NCBI GenBank assembly: GCA_036505655.1
Contig: DASXTD010000109.1
Span: 1 to 24,945 of the forward strand
DNA length: 24,945 nt
Direction of reading: 5' to 3'
DNA from: Chloroflexota bacterium
GTDB taxonomy: Bacteria; Chloroflexota; UBA6077; SHYK01
The notes beneath the pieces are model-generated. The model saw only the letters and a list, made by a program, of their open reading frames with translations, searched no databases and was not told the DNA's origin. This document shows, piece after piece, positions 1 to 9,178 of the stretch. A program made the translations under genes and the position numbers. Each line of letters opens with the position of its first letter. The stretch's first letter is position 1.

Positions 1-808
1 TCAGTGGGATCATGCCTGCTGAATTGACCCTCATCGGGATATGGGTGCTGCCACCACCGTACCAGCGGTTGCCCCGCAGCCTCCGTGCATACTGGACTGG
101 TATCCGCCGTTGACCCTCGTACACGTAAACAATGGCAGCCACCATCGCGAGCGCCAGCACCGCAAAGATCAGCACCGGCCAGAGGTCCGTTGCCGAGACC
201 AGGGATTGCTGGACTACCTGGGGCAGCGAGGCCACGATGCCTGCAAAGATGATGATCGATACGCCATTCCCAATACCATTCTGAGTAATCAGCTCACCGA
301 TCCAGATCAGTAGCACGGTGCCGGCCGTCATCGAAGCAATGATGGCCGTCGTTTCCAGCGGATACTGACCAAGGTCAAATTTGTCCACGATCTTGAGATT
401 TGTCTGGCTGTTCACGAACACCACCGTGCCAAACGACTGCAGCGCAGCCAGGGGGACCGTCATGATGTGCATGAACTGGTTGATCTTCGCTCGGCCCGCC
501 TCGCCTTCTTTGGAAAGCGCCTCGAGCTGCGGAATGACGGGAATGAGCAACTGCACGATGATGGTGGCCGTGATGTACGGATAAACCCCCATCGCCACCA
601 CCGAGAACGTGCGCATCGCCCCGCCTGAGAACAGGTTCAGCATGCCCAATAGCTGGTTAGAGTTAAATAGCTGCTGGAGAGCCGGCACATCGACGCCCGG
701 GACGGGCACATGTGATAAGAACCGGAAGGCGACCAGCATCCCGAACGTAAACAGCAGCTTAGCTCGGAGATCAGCGATGCGGAAGGCGTTGACGACCGAA
801 TCCAGCAT
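1..808 (-). CDS. secY: Preprotein translocase subunit SecY (partial, runs off the left edge)
   Basis: Not in the ORF track because there is no stop in the window. Manual translation from ATG at 808 gives MLDSVVNAFRIADLRAKLLFTFGMLVAFRFLSHVPVPGVD...NLFSGGAMRTFSVVAMGVYPYITATIIVQLL...WIGELITQNGIGNGVSIIIFAGIV, the SecY TM1-TM5 motifs. Canonical position after rplO. Confidence 0.98.
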   Translation of the reverse strand, partial: MLDSVVNAFRIADLRAKLLFTFGMLVAFRFLSHVPVPGVDVPALQQLFNSNQLLGMLNLFSGGAMRTFSVVAMGVYPYITATIIVQLLIPVIPQLEALSKEGEAGRAKINQFMHIMTVPLAALQSFGTVVFVNSQTNLKIVDKFDLGQYPLETTAIIASMTAGTVLLIWIGELITQNGIGNGVSIIIFAGIVASLPQVVQQSLVSATDLWPVLIFAVLALAMVAAIVYVYEGQRRIPVQYARRLRGNRWYGGGSTHIPMRVNSAGMIPL

Positions 809-811
809 GGA

Positions 812-1255
812 CTAGACCTCCACCGCCGATCCACCCGCTGCCTCGATGGCGGCCTTCGCGGAGGCAGAAAACGCGTTCGCCTGCACCTGGAGCGGTTTGG
901 TAAGTGTGCCCCTCCCCAGGATCTTCACTGGCAGATTCTTCTTTCGCACCAGTCGGGCCTTACGCAGAGCCTCGATTGTGACGGGCGCATCTGTTGGCAG
1001 GCCGTCCAACTGCGCCAGGTTGACCACTTCATATTCGACCCGGTGGGGGTTTGTGAAGCCTCGCCGATACGGTAGCCGCCGCACGAGGGGCAACTGTCCA
1101 CCCTCGAAATACGCTGGAATGGAGCCGCCAGACCGTGCCTTCTGGCCCTTCTGGCCTGCCCCTGATGTCTTGCCGCGCCCCGTACCTATGCCACGGCCTA
1201 CCCTTCGGCCCTTCGCGTGGGCGCCCTCGTTGGGGCGCAGATCATGCAATTTCAC
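812..1255 (-). CDS. rplO: 50S ribosomal protein L15
   Basis: MKLHDLRP...RVGRGIGTGRGKTSGAGQKGQKARSG...FEGGQLPL; spc operon position. Confidence 0.98.
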   Translation of the reverse strand: MKLHDLRPNEGAHAKGRRVGRGIGTGRGKTSGAGQKGQKARSGGSIPAYFEGGQLPLVRRLPYRRGFTNPHRVEYEVVNLAQLDGLPTDAPVTIEALRKARLVRKKNLPVKILGRGTLTKPLQVQANAFSASAKAAIEAAGGSAVEV

Positions 1256-1446
1256 GCTTTCTCTGCTTCCTCCGCGACCTGCACCAGATGGCGCACCTTG
1301 TGCAGCATTCCACGAATGGCGGGCGTGTCACTCACCACCACTTCCTGTCGAATGCGGTGCAAGCCGAGGCTGCGCACCGTTGCTCGTTGATCTTCCGTGC
1401 AGCCGATCTCACTCTTTAACTGGGTCACGCGGAGTTTCGTCGCCAT
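1252..1446 (-). CDS. rpmD: 50S ribosomal protein L30
   Basis: MATKLRVTQLKSEIG...QRATVRSLGLHRIRQEV...PAIRGMLHKVRHLV. True ATG at 1446, inside track ORF 1252..1524; ATGA overlap with rplO. Confidence 0.96.
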   Translation of the reverse strand: MATKLRVTQLKSEIGCTEDQRATVRSLGLHRIRQEVVVSDTPAIRGMLHKVRHLVQVAEEAEKA

Positions 1447-1450
1447 CGAT

Positions 1451-1999
1451 CTATCCTTCAACCGCAACCGGCTCGGCAGGAGCTGCTCTTCGTGGGGCCT
1501 CGCTTCGTTCGCCGTCCGTATCACCGCGCCGCAGCCGCCGCGCTTCCTGCGGATCGCGCATCATACCCAAGCCGACCATCGTGGCCCGAGCCACATTCAC
1601 CGGATTGCCGCTGCCCAACGACTTGCTAAGGGCATCCTTGACTCCGGCTGCCTCCAGCACAGCTCGCACAGCGCCACCCGCGATCAGGCCGGTGCCCGGC
1701 GCGGCTGGCTTCAAGAGGACGTCGGCGGCGCCGAACGAGGCGCGTACCTCGTGGGGCAAAGTCGCCTGCTTCATCGGAACCCGCATCAAATTCTTCTTGG
1801 CGACTTCGACCGCCTTGCGAATCGAGTCCGGCACTTCGTTGGCCTTCCCGATCCCGATGCCAACCGTGTCGTGGCCATCGCCCACCACCACCAGAGCACT
1901 GAAGTGGAAGCGCCGGCCGCCTTTAACGACCTTGGCCACCCGATTCACTCGGATGACGCGCTCCTCCAGCGTGAGTCCCGTGGGATCAATCTTCGGCAA
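1451..1999 (-). CDS. rpsE: 30S ribosomal protein S5 with short C-terminal tail
   Basis: [23 protein letters not shown]...GIGKANEV...[19 protein letters not shown]. Confidence 0.98.
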   Translation of the reverse strand: MPKIDPTGLTLEERVIRVNRVAKVVKGGRRFHFSALVVVGDGHDTVGIGIGKANEVPDSIRKAVEVAKKNLMRVPMKQATLPHEVRASFGAADVLLKPAAPGTGLIAGGAVRAVLEAAGVKDALSKSLGSGNPVNVARATMVGLGMMRDPQEARRLRRGDTDGERSEAPRRAAPAEPVAVEG

Positions 2000-2008
2000 G
2001 CTTCACTC

Positions 2009-2371
2009 CTAGAACTCTAGACCCGCTTCGCGCGCAGCTTGGGCTAATTGCTCAACGCGGCCGTGATACCGATATCCGGCCCGGTCGAATACCACACGGC
2101 TGATTCCAGCCGCGCGGGCCTTTTCGCCCACCAACTTTCCGACCAGCTTGGCCTCTTCCGCCTTACTGCGGCCGTCAGCCCGTAGATCAGCCTCCAGCGT
2201 TGATGCGGCCACCAGCGTGCGCCCAGCCGCGTCGTCGATCACCTGAGCGTAGATGTGCTTCAAGCTTCGAAATACAGACAGACGAGGTACCGCTGCAGTA
2301 CCTTCCACGCGCCTGCGGATGCGACGATGCCGTTTTGTGCGAGCGGCTCGCTTATCAACTGGTTTGAACAT
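2009..2371 (-). CDS. rplR: 50S ribosomal protein L18
   Basis: [19 protein letters not shown]...[13 protein letters not shown]...AREAGLEF. Confidence 0.98.
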   Translation of the reverse strand: MFKPVDKRAARTKRHRRIRRRVEGTAAVPRLSVFRSLKHIYAQVIDDAAGRTLVAASTLEADLRADGRSKAEEAKLVGKLVGEKARAAGISRVVFDRAGYRYHGRVEQLAQAAREAGLEF

Positions 2372-2374
2372 AGC

Positions 2375-2917
2375 TTACCGCTTCTTGCTCCCCACTTTGC
2401 CGGCCTTTCGGCGGACGTATTCGCCCTCGTATCGGATGCCCTTACCCTTGTACGGTTCGGGCGGTCGGATGCGACGGATCTTGGCCGCCGTTTCCCCGAC
2501 CAACTGCTTGTCGATGCCGCTCACTACCACACGCGGCCCATCCATACCCAGCTCAATGCCTTCCGGCGGCCGCACGATCACCGGGTGCGAAAACCCCACC
2601 GCGATGGTCAGCCCGGTGCCGGCGGCCTGAGCGCGATAGCCGGTCCCGATGATCTCCAGCTTTTTCTCGAAGCCCTGGCTTACACCTAACACTGCATTGT
2701 TGATCAGCGTGCGCGCCAAACCGTGCAACGAGCGATGCTGCCGATGGTCCGAAGCTCGCTCAACCAGCAGCTGGTTGTCCTCCTGACGCACAGAGATGCC
2801 TTCTGGCACCGTATAGGACAACTTTCCCTTGGGACCTGACACGCGTACTTCGGGCCCGACCAGATCAACCTGGACTCCCGAAGGCAACGGGATGGGTGAG
2901 CGCCCAATGCGTGACAT
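2375..2917 (-). CDS. rplF: 50S ribosomal protein L6
   Basis: MSRIGRSPI...GPKGKL...RPPEPYKGKGIRY. Confidence 0.98.
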   Translation of the reverse strand: MSRIGRSPIPLPSGVQVDLVGPEVRVSGPKGKLSYTVPEGISVRQEDNQLLVERASDHRQHRSLHGLARTLINNAVLGVSQGFEKKLEIIGTGYRAQAAGTGLTIAVGFSHPVIVRPPEGIELGMDGPRVVVSGIDKQLVGETAAKIRRIRPPEPYKGKGIRYEGEYVRRKAGKVGSKKR

Positions 2918-2934
2918 CGGCCATTTAACCTCGG

Positions 2935-3330
2935 TTACCAGACATAGGCCAGGACCTCGCCACCGACGTGATCACGTCTGGCGTGCTCGCCCGTCATGAC
3001 GCCCCTCGGCGTCGACATGATGGCAACACCGGCTCCCCCCCATACGCGAGGGATCTTTTCCTGTCCGGTGTACACGCGGCGGCCGGGTTTACTGATCCGA
3101 CGGAGTCCCAATAGCCGCGGTTCCTTGCGGGGCGAATAGGCCAATAGGACCCGGAGCCGGCGCTTCGGGCCTGCCCCCACTACGTCAAATCCGCGGATGA
3201 ATCCCTCAGCTCGAAGCACTTGAGCGATGGAGACCTTGAGCCGTGAAGAGGGCATCTCCGTCATCGGGTGGCCGGCCTTGGATGCGTTCCGCACCCGAGT
3301 CAGCATATCGGCGACTGGATCGGTCAGCAT
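2935..3330 (-). CDS. rpsH: 30S ribosomal protein S8
   Basis: [14 protein letters not shown]...[11 protein letters not shown]...[11 protein letters not shown]...GGEVLAYVW. Confidence 0.98.
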   Translation of the reverse strand: MLTDPVADMLTRVRNASKAGHPMTEMPSSRLKVSIAQVLRAEGFIRGFDVVGAGPKRRLRVLLAYSPRKEPRLLGLRRISKPGRRVYTGQEKIPRVWGGAGVAIMSTPRGVMTGEHARRDHVGGEVLAYVW

Positions 3331-3335
3331 CTAGG

Positions 3336-3521
3336 CTACCAGCTCGACTTTCGCACGCCCGGGATTTCTCCTCGCAGCGCCAGTTCGCGGAAGCAGATGC
3401 GACACAGCCCAAATCGGCGGATGAACGCCCGTGGGCGACCGCAGCGTCCGCATCGATTCTTCTGCTGCGTGGAAAAACGAGGCGGGCGCTTACTCTTGGC
3501 GATGAGAGATTTCTTGGCCAA
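3336..3521 (-). CDS. rpsZ: 30S ribosomal protein S14, zinc-binding (type Z, 61 aa)
   Basis: TTG start at 3521: MAKKSLIAK...[39 protein letters not shown]; CxxC-x12-CxxC. Confidence 0.96.
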   Translation of the reverse strand: MAKKSLIAKSKRPPRFSTQQKNRCGRCGRPRAFIRRFGLCRICFRELALRGEIPGVRKSSW

Positions 3522-3534
3522 TTGATCCTTACTC

Positions 3535-4083
3535 CTACGCGGCTCGAGGGAACGGCACGCCCAGGAGCTCCAGGAGCCGTTTCCCCTCTTCATCAGTACG
3601 GGCACTTGTCACCAGGTTCACCTCGAGCCCCCGCACCCGATCGATCTTGTCGTAGTCGATCTCGGGAAAGATGAGCTGCTCGCGGAGCCCAATCGTGCAG
3701 TTTCCTCGTCCGTCAAATGCGCGGTCCGAAACCCCCCGGAAATCCCGCACGCGGGGGAGCGCCAGCGTGACCAGCCGGTCCAGGAACTCGTACATGCGGT
3801 CACCCCGCAAGGTAACGCTCACTCCGATCTGCATTCCGGCCCGCAGGTGGAACTGGGCAATCGACTTGCGAGCTCTATTGATGATCGGTCGCTGCCCGGC
3901 GATCGCCGTCACATCGCGCACCGCGGCCTCGATCGCCTTGTTCTCTCGCACGGCCTCGCCAAGACCGATATTCAAAACGATCTTGTGAACCTTCGGCACC
4001 TGCATCGGGTTCTGGTAACCGAATTCCTTTTGCAAGACCGGAAACACTTCCTTGTGGTACCGCTCTCGGAGGCGAGCGGTCAT
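3535..4083 (-). CDS. rplE: 50S ribosomal protein L5
   Basis: [19 protein letters not shown]...IAGQRP...SVTLRG...FDGRGN...[10 protein letters not shown]. Confidence 0.98.
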   Translation of the reverse strand: MTARLRERYHKEVFPVLQKEFGYQNPMQVPKVHKIVLNIGLGEAVRENKAIEAAVRDVTAIAGQRPIINRARKSIAQFHLRAGMQIGVSVTLRGDRMYEFLDRLVTLALPRVRDFRGVSDRAFDGRGNCTIGLREQLIFPEIDYDKIDRVRGLEVNLVTSARTDEEGKRLLELLGVPFPRAA

Positions 4084-4096
4084 ACGTCGACTTCCA

Positions 4097-4408
4097 TTAC
4101 GTCAACTCTCCGCAACGTTTGCAGTAGCGCGCCTTTGTCCCATCTTCCAGGAAACGTGCACCGACTCGAGTTGCGTTGCCGCATTTGCTGCACACCAGGG
4201 CCAGGTTCGACATTTGCAGCGCCGCTTCGAAGTCGATGATGCCCGCCTGCCGCGCTTGTCCCCCCGGCTTGACGTGCTTCTTCATCACGTTGACATCCGT
4301 AACCACAGCGCGACCCTTCTGTACGAAGATCTCGCGCACTTTGCCCCGCTTGCCCCGATCTCGGCCCTTCTGGACCTCGACCAGGTCATCCTTCTTTATT
4401 CGAAGCAT
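4097..4408 (-). CDS. rplX: 50S ribosomal protein L24 (Cys4 form)
   Basis: [21 protein letters not shown]...[16 protein letters not shown]; CSKC...CKRC. Confidence 0.97.
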   Translation of the reverse strand: MLRIKKDDLVEVQKGRDRGKRGKVREIFVQKGRAVVTDVNVMKKHVKPGGQARQAGIIDFEAALQMSNLALVCSKCGNATRVGARFLEDGTKARYCKRCGELT

Positions 4409-4464
4409 TAACGGCCCTCACTTCCAGAAACCCCGGAATCGGCGGCCGAGACGCTCCGCTCCAT
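4408..4464 (-). CDS. Putative 18-aa mini-ORF (MERSVSAADSGVSGSEGR) filling the rplN-rplX spacer
   Basis: ATG immediately follows the rplN TAA; GAGGTG SD-like motif 6 nt upstream; its TAA overlaps the rplX ATG (TAATG). Translation is unproven. Confidence 0.35.
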   Translation of the reverse strand: MERSVSAADSGVSGSEGR

Positions 4465-4830
4465 TTAGAGCACCTCAGGAGCGAGGGAAACGATCTTCAT
4501 ATAGCTTTTCTCGCGCAACTCACGGGCGACGGGGCCGAAGATGCGTGTCCCTCTCGGGTTCAGCTTGTCGGATAGCACTACCACCGCGTTGTCATCAAAG
4601 CGGATAGTCGAGCCATCTGGTCGCCCATATTCCTTGGCTGTCCGCACAACCACCGCCCGTACCACATCACTCTTCTTCACTGCCCCGCCCGGGGTCGCCT
4701 CTTTTACGGTGCCCACGATCACATCGCCAACGTTGGCGTATTCCTTGTTGCCAGCCAGTACCCGGATGCACATGATCTCGCGGGCACCGGTGTTATCGGC
4801 GACTCGCACGCGGGTAAAGGGCCGAATCAT
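4465..4830 (-). CDS. rplN: 50S ribosomal protein L14
   Basis: ATG at 4830 (ATGA overlap with rpsQ stop): [25 protein letters not shown]...IRFDDNAVV...[13 protein letters not shown]...SLAPEVL. Confidence 0.98.
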   Translation of the reverse strand: MIRPFTRVRVADNTGAREIMCIRVLAGNKEYANVGDVIVGTVKEATPGGAVKKSDVVRAVVVRTAKEYGRPDGSTIRFDDNAVVVLSDKLNPRGTRIFGPVARELREKSYMKIVSLAPEVL

Positions 4831-5135
4831 GATGTCGCTTTCTGTGCTTCCGGCACATCGGCCACTGGGATTTCTTCCTGCCCGACCTGAAGCACTTGCG
4901 CCACCACCCAACGCTTGTCTTTGCTGAGCGGGCGGCTCTCCCGAATCTGCACCTGGTCCCCAACGTGGCAACGGTTCGTGGCATCGTGCGCTTTGAACTT
5001 TCGCGTGCTCCGAATCAAACGGCCATACAATGGATGCCGGCGGTAAACCTCGACGGTCACCACGACGGTCTTATCCATTTTGTCGCTGGCTACTTTCCCG
5101 ATCAGCGTCCGCCGCCGGCTAGGCTCTCTAGCCAT
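4827..5135 (-). CDS. rpsQ: 30S ribosomal protein S17 with C-terminal tail
   Basis: [14 protein letters not shown]...HPLYGR...KFKAHD...[18 protein letters not shown]. Confidence 0.98.
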   Translation of the reverse strand: MAREPSRRRTLIGKVASDKMDKTVVVTVEVYRRHPLYGRLIRSTRKFKAHDATNRCHVGDQVQIRESRPLSKDKRWVVAQVLQVGQEEIPVADVPEAQKATS

Positions 5136-5337
5136 TTTCGGGCTCCGCTTCCAGCTCGCGCTCGCGCATGATGGTCTCGATGCGGGCGATATCGCGCCGT
5201 ACCTGCCGAAACCGCGCCGTATTCGTCAATTGGCGGGTGGCGAATTGAAAACGCAAATTGAACAATTCCTGGCGGAGGTCTGAATCCCGCCGAACCAGAT
5301 CGGCGCCTTCCAGAGGCCGCAGCTCAGCAGCTTTCAT
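5128..5337 (-). CDS. rpmC: 50S ribosomal protein L29
   Basis: MKAAELR...[33 protein letters not shown]. Confidence 0.97.
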   Translation of the reverse strand: MKAAELRPLEGADLVRRDSDLRQELFNLRFQFATRQLTNTARFRQVRRDIARIETIMRERELEAEPENG

Positions 5338-5759
5338 ACGATCGCTCCGGCCTCTTCTCGCTCCACCAAGCGCGTGTCGATGGGCAGCTTGTGTCCGGCC
5401 AGCTTTAGTGCTTCCTTCGCGAGGTCCGGCGCTACGCCCGCGACTTCAAACATGACGCGTCCCGGTCGCACCACTGCAACCCAGTGGTCGGGAGCAGCCT
5501 TCCCGCTTCCCATCCGCGTCTCGGCGGGCTTCTTAGTTACGGCCTTATCCGGAAAGATCCGAATCCACACCTTGCCGCCTCGACGGCAGTGGTGCGTGAT
5601 GGATCGCCGCGCAGCTTCGATCTGGCGCGCGGTGATCCAGGCGGGCTCCAGAGCCTGGAGCCCGAACTCGCCAAAAGTTACGTGGTTACCGGTCGTTGCG
5701 ACGCCCTTCATGCGCCCTCGATGGGGCTTGCGGTACTTAACTCGTTTGGGTTGGAGCAT
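5334..5759 (-). CDS. rplP: 50S ribosomal protein L16
   Basis: [16 protein letters not shown]...QIEAAR...[12 protein letters not shown]...TRMGSGK. Confidence 0.98.
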   Translation of the reverse strand: MLQPKRVKYRKPHRGRMKGVATTGNHVTFGEFGLQALEPAWITARQIEAARRSITHHCRRGGKVWIRIFPDKAVTKKPAETRMGSGKAAPDHWVAVVRPGRVMFEVAGVAPDLAKEALKLAGHKLPIDTRLVEREEAGAIV

Positions 5760-6534
5760 TGTCTTCCTCGTCGGGCTCGAAAATAGCGGGGCCTTCAGGA
5801 ATGGGGATTTCCCCTTCCTCTACATCTTCCATCGTCCGTGGGGGCGGAGCCAGTCGGCCCCCAGCTGCTGCGCGAGGCATAGTAGGCGAAGCCGGCGCAG
5901 GTAGCTGCACACCGGCGTCCCCGCGATAGATCCAGGCTTTTACGCCCACTGTTCCTGAGTTGGTGTGAGCCGTAGCCATGCCGTAGTCGATTTCGGCCCG
6001 CAGCGTATGGAGGGGCACTCGGCCCTCACGCTCCCACTCTCGCCGTGCCATTTCGCTTCCACCCAATCGGCCGGCCACCTGCACGCGGACGCCCCGCGCT
6101 CCGGCCCGCATCGACCGAGTCACCGCCTGGCGCACGACCCGCCGGAAAGCCACCCGGCGCTCCAATTGGTCTGCCACACTGCGGGCCAACAGTGCCGCGT
6201 TGAGCTCCGGCTGCCGAATTTCAACGATATTGACTCGCACCCGTTTCCCGGTGGAGTCTTCCAGTGCCTTCCGCAACTCCTCGATCTTGGCGCCGCCCTT
6301 GCCGATCACGATACCGGGCTTGGCGGCGTGAATGGTCACGCTCACTTGATTGGTTGAGCGTTCGATATCCACTCGAGGAACCCCAGCGTCTTTGAGGCGG
6401 CTCGCGATAGCACCCCGGATTTTGAGGTCCTCTCCCAGAGTCTCGGCAAACTGCAGCCGACCGGCAAACCACTTCGCCTGAGGCTGCTGGCTGATGCCGA
6501 GTCGAAATCCGATCGGATGTACTTTCTGACCCAC
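5737..6534 (-). CDS. rpsC: 30S ribosomal protein S3 with 60-aa C-terminal tail
   Basis: GTG start at 6534: [13 protein letters not shown]...PGIVIGKGG...[28 protein letters not shown]; 265 aa, 3' end overlaps rplP by 23 nt. Confidence 0.97.
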   Translation of the reverse strand: MGQKVHPIGFRLGISQQPQAKWFAGRLQFAETLGEDLKIRGAIASRLKDAGVPRVDIERSTNQVSVTIHAAKPGIVIGKGGAKIEELRKALEDSTGKRVRVNIVEIRQPELNAALLARSVADQLERRVAFRRVVRQAVTRSMRAGARGVRVQVAGRLGGSEMARREWEREGRVPLHTLRAEIDYGMATAHTNSGTVGVKAWIYRGDAGVQLPAPASPTMPRAAAGGRLAPPPRTMEDVEEGEIPIPEGPAIFEPDEEDNAPTQTS

Positions 6535-6535
6535 G

Positions 6536-6883
6536 CTACCCTCCGCGCTCTGCGACAACAACGGTAATGTGGGTAGCTCGGCGGCGAAAGCGCCCAATAC
6601 GACCGCGTGCTTTGGCCCGGAACCGCCGCAACGCCAATCCTTCATCGGCCTGCGCGCGCAGCACCAGCAGATCCTGGGCATCGAGATCGAGGTTATTCTC
6701 CGCGTTGGCCACCGCGGACTTCACCGCCTTGGCCACCGGCTCTGACGCGCGCTGCGGCAAGAAGCGCAGCAGAGATAACGCCTCGTTCACACCCTTGCCT
6801 TTGATGGCGTCACAAACCAGCCGCACCTTTTGGGGCGACATGCGCACGTTCCTGGCAACCGCGCGAACCTCGATGCCTGCCAT
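6536..6883 (-). CDS. rplV: 50S ribosomal protein L22
   Basis: RNVRMSPQKVRLV...KSAVANAENN...RFRAKARGR...THITVVV. Confidence 0.98.
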   Translation of the reverse strand: MAGIEVRAVARNVRMSPQKVRLVCDAIKGKGVNEALSLLRFLPQRASEPVAKAVKSAVANAENNLDLDAQDLLVLRAQADEGLALRRFRAKARGRIGRFRRRATHITVVVAERGG

Positions 6884-7174
6884 CTAACGGCCGCCGACCC
6901 GAGTAGCTCGCTCGCCGCGGGCCGTGTGCCCGCGGAACGTTCGAGTGGGAGCAAACTCGCCCAACTTGTGCCCCACCATGTTCTCAGTGACGTAGACCGG
7001 CACGTGGCGCCGCCCGTCATGCACCGCGATGGTCTGTCCCACCATCTGGGGGAAGATCGTCGAGTCGCGGGACCAGGTCTTGATGACCACCTTGCGGCCG
7101 GTCTGGTTCAAAAGCTCGATCTTACGCAGCAGCTTTACGTCCACGTAGGGACCCTTCTTCAGCGAACGACTCAA
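6884..7174 (-). CDS. rpsS: 30S ribosomal protein S19
   Basis: TTG start at 7174 after GGGGGTGA SD: [12 protein letters not shown]...KTWSRDSTI...[32 protein letters not shown]. Confidence 0.97.
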   Translation of the reverse strand: MSRSLKKGPYVDVKLLRKIELLNQTGRKVVIKTWSRDSTIFPQMVGQTIAVHDGRRHVPVYVTENMVGHKLGEFAPTRTFRGHTARGERATRVGGR

Positions 7175-7199
7175 TCTTTCACCCCCCTGGCCAGCCCAC

Positions 7200-8024
7200 T
7201 CACTTCGCGTACCGCCGCCGCACGATGAAGCGATCGGTTCCTTTGCGCTTTCGGGTGCGATAGCCCATGGCCGGCTTGCCCCAGGGTGTCTGGGGCTGCC
7301 CGCCACGAGGCGCCTTGCCCTCACCGCCTCCGTGGGGATGATCACGCGGGTTCATGACGGAGCCGCGGACGGTGGGACGCTTGCCCATCCACCGCGATCT
7401 GCCTGCCTTGCCCACCTGGATGCTCGAATGCTCGGGGTTCCCTACCTGTCCGATGGTTGCCATACACTGCGAATTGACCAGACGAACCTCGCCTGAAGGC
7501 AAGCGCACGTGGGCCCAATCTTCCGCCTTGGCCAGCAATTGCGCGCCTTCGCCCGCGCTTCGCACCAACTGCGCGCCATGGCCCGGGCGGAGCTCGATAT
7601 TGTGAATCACCGAGCCAGCCGGGATATTGATCAGTGGCAGCGCATTGCCCGCGATAATCTCGGACCGCGGCCCGCTCGAAACACCTGCGCCGACTTTGAG
7701 CTCGCTCGGCGCAACAATGTAGCGGCGCTCACCATCCTCGTATTCGAGGAGCGCAATCCGAGCAGACCGATTTGGGTCGTACTCAATAGCGATGACCGAG
7801 GCCGGACCGGCCTTGTCTCGCTTCCAATCAATCACTCGGTACATGCGCTTGTGGCCGCCCCCCTGGTGTCGAACAGTGAGACGCCCCATATTGTTACGGC
7901 CGGCCTGTTTCTTGAGCGGCCGCAGCAGCGACTTTTCCGGCTTGGTTTTGGTGACCTCTTCAAACGTGAAGCCCGTCATGCCGCGTCGGCCGGGTGAGGT
8001 CGGCTTGAATGCTTTAGTCGGCAC
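7200..8024 (-). CDS. rplB: 50S ribosomal protein L2
   Basis: GTG start; GRNNMGRLT...[13 protein letters not shown]...[17 protein letters not shown]. Confidence 0.98.
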   Translation of the reverse strand: MPTKAFKPTSPGRRGMTGFTFEEVTKTKPEKSLLRPLKKQAGRNNMGRLTVRHQGGGHKRMYRVIDWKRDKAGPASVIAIEYDPNRSARIALLEYEDGERRYIVAPSELKVGAGVSSGPRSEIIAGNALPLINIPAGSVIHNIELRPGHGAQLVRSAGEGAQLLAKAEDWAHVRLPSGEVRLVNSQCMATIGQVGNPEHSSIQVGKAGRSRWMGKRPTVRGSVMNPRDHPHGGGEGKAPRGGQPQTPWGKPAMGYRTRKRKGTDRFIVRRRYAK

Positions 8025-8309
8025 CTACATACCCTCGAACAATTCGATCTTGTTCCCCTCCTGGAGGGAAACAACCGCTTTCTTCCAGGAGGCCGTGTAG
8101 CCCTGACTGCGTCCGAGGCGTCGCTCTTTTCCGTGCACGTGCGAGATGTTGACGGCCCGCACCTGTACTGAGAAGACCTCTTCAACCGCGCGCTTCACAT
8201 CAATCTTATTGGCGTGCTCGGCTACTTCAAACACGTATTGGCGTGCTTCGCTGAGCTGAGTGCTTTTTTCTGTGATCACTGGTCGGCGGATAACGTCATA
8301 CGAATTCAT
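8025..8309 (-). CDS. rplW: 50S ribosomal protein L23
   Basis: RPVITEKS...YVFEV...ANKIDVKRAVEEVFSVQV...WKKAVV. Confidence 0.98.
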   Translation of the reverse strand: MNSYDVIRRPVITEKSTQLSEARQYVFEVAEHANKIDVKRAVEEVFSVQVRAVNISHVHGKERRLGRSQGYTASWKKAVVSLQEGNKIELFEGM

Positions 8310-9178
8310 GGCGTCTCCTTGACTTCCGACTCGCCCTCAGATGCGGCATCCGCGGCCGGCGGCTCTTCAGTCGGCGCCTCTTCGATTGGTGCTGGGGCGG
8401 CCGCTCGCCGGGGCGCCCTTCGCCTCGGAGCTGGTGTGGTCTCTTCCGCCGCTGGTTCAGCCGGCGGGGTGTCGCCGCTAGGGGGGGCGACCGCCGGATC
8501 AACGCTGACCAGCACCGCGATTGGCGCCTCGGACACCTCTGGCGCCGCGACCACAGCACCAGGCGTCAGGAGCTCACCCAACCGGTCCACCGCCTCGCGA
8601 GTAACGATCACGGTATCGGATTGAAGCAGTTCAACCACACTGAACGTATGTGGCAACGCCACGAAAACGTTGGGAATATTTCCGGCCGCCCGTCGCACCA
8701 GCGGATCGGCTGCACCCAGGATGATCAAAGTTCGGCCGGTGACGTTCCAGCCTGCCAGCAGCTCGATCAACGACTTGGTCCGTCCATCTGGGATCTCGAT
8801 CGCGTCCACGACCTTGAGCGCACCGCTCGCCACCCGATCGGACAGCGCCGACCGCAAGGCCAGCTGCCGCATCTTCTTGGGCAGGCGCTGGTGGTACGGC
8901 CGCGGATGGGGTCCGAATACTATGCCCCCGCCACGCCACTGCGGGGCGGTTCGGGCTCCCTGGCGTGCTCGCCCGGTTCCCTTCTGCCGCCACATCTTGC
9001 GCGTGCTTCCCCGGACTTCGCCTCGCGTACGCGTGTCAGCTGTACCCTGGCGGCGATTGGCCAGCTGCGCCACGGTTGCCTGATGGAGGACTGCGAGATT
9101 CGGCTCCACGCCGAATACCCGGTCGTCCAGTTGGACCGTTCCAGCCGAGCCGCGGGCTGACTGAACCGCTACGTCCAC
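8306..9178 (-). CDS. rplD: 50S ribosomal protein L4 with 86-aa C-terminal tail
   Basis: GTG start; [33 protein letters not shown]...[11 protein letters not shown]; 290 aa. Confidence 0.97.
   Translation of the reverse strand: MDVAVQSARGSAGTVQLDDRVFGVEPNLAVLHQATVAQLANRRQGTADTRTRGEVRGSTRKMWRQKGTGRARQGARTAPQWRGGGIVFGPHPRPYHQRLPKKMRQLALRSALSDRVASGALKVVDAIEIPDGRTKSLIELLAGWNVTGRTLIILGAADPLVRRAAGNIPNVFVALPHTFSVVELLQSDTVIVTREAVDRLGELLTPGAVVAAPEVSEAPIAVLVSVDPAVAPPSGDTPPAEPAAEETTPAPRRRAPRRAAAPAPIEEAPTEEPPAADAASEGESEVKETP

Noticed and set aside
846-2012. 388-aa plus-strand ORF, and other long antisense ORFs (1397..2020, 8965..9837, 13027..13710, 20769..21527)
   Set aside because: They lie antisense to well-conserved genes and have no recognisable motifs. 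Long shadow ORFs are expected at high GC with biased codon usage.
6535-6681. Apparent N-terminal extensions in the ORF track for S3, S19, L14, L30, S14 and EF-Tu
   Set aside because: These come from longest-ORF calling. The real starts (GTG 6534, TTG 7174, ATG 4830, ATG 1446, TTG 3521, ATG 11425) match the family N-termini and lie next to the upstream stop or an SD.
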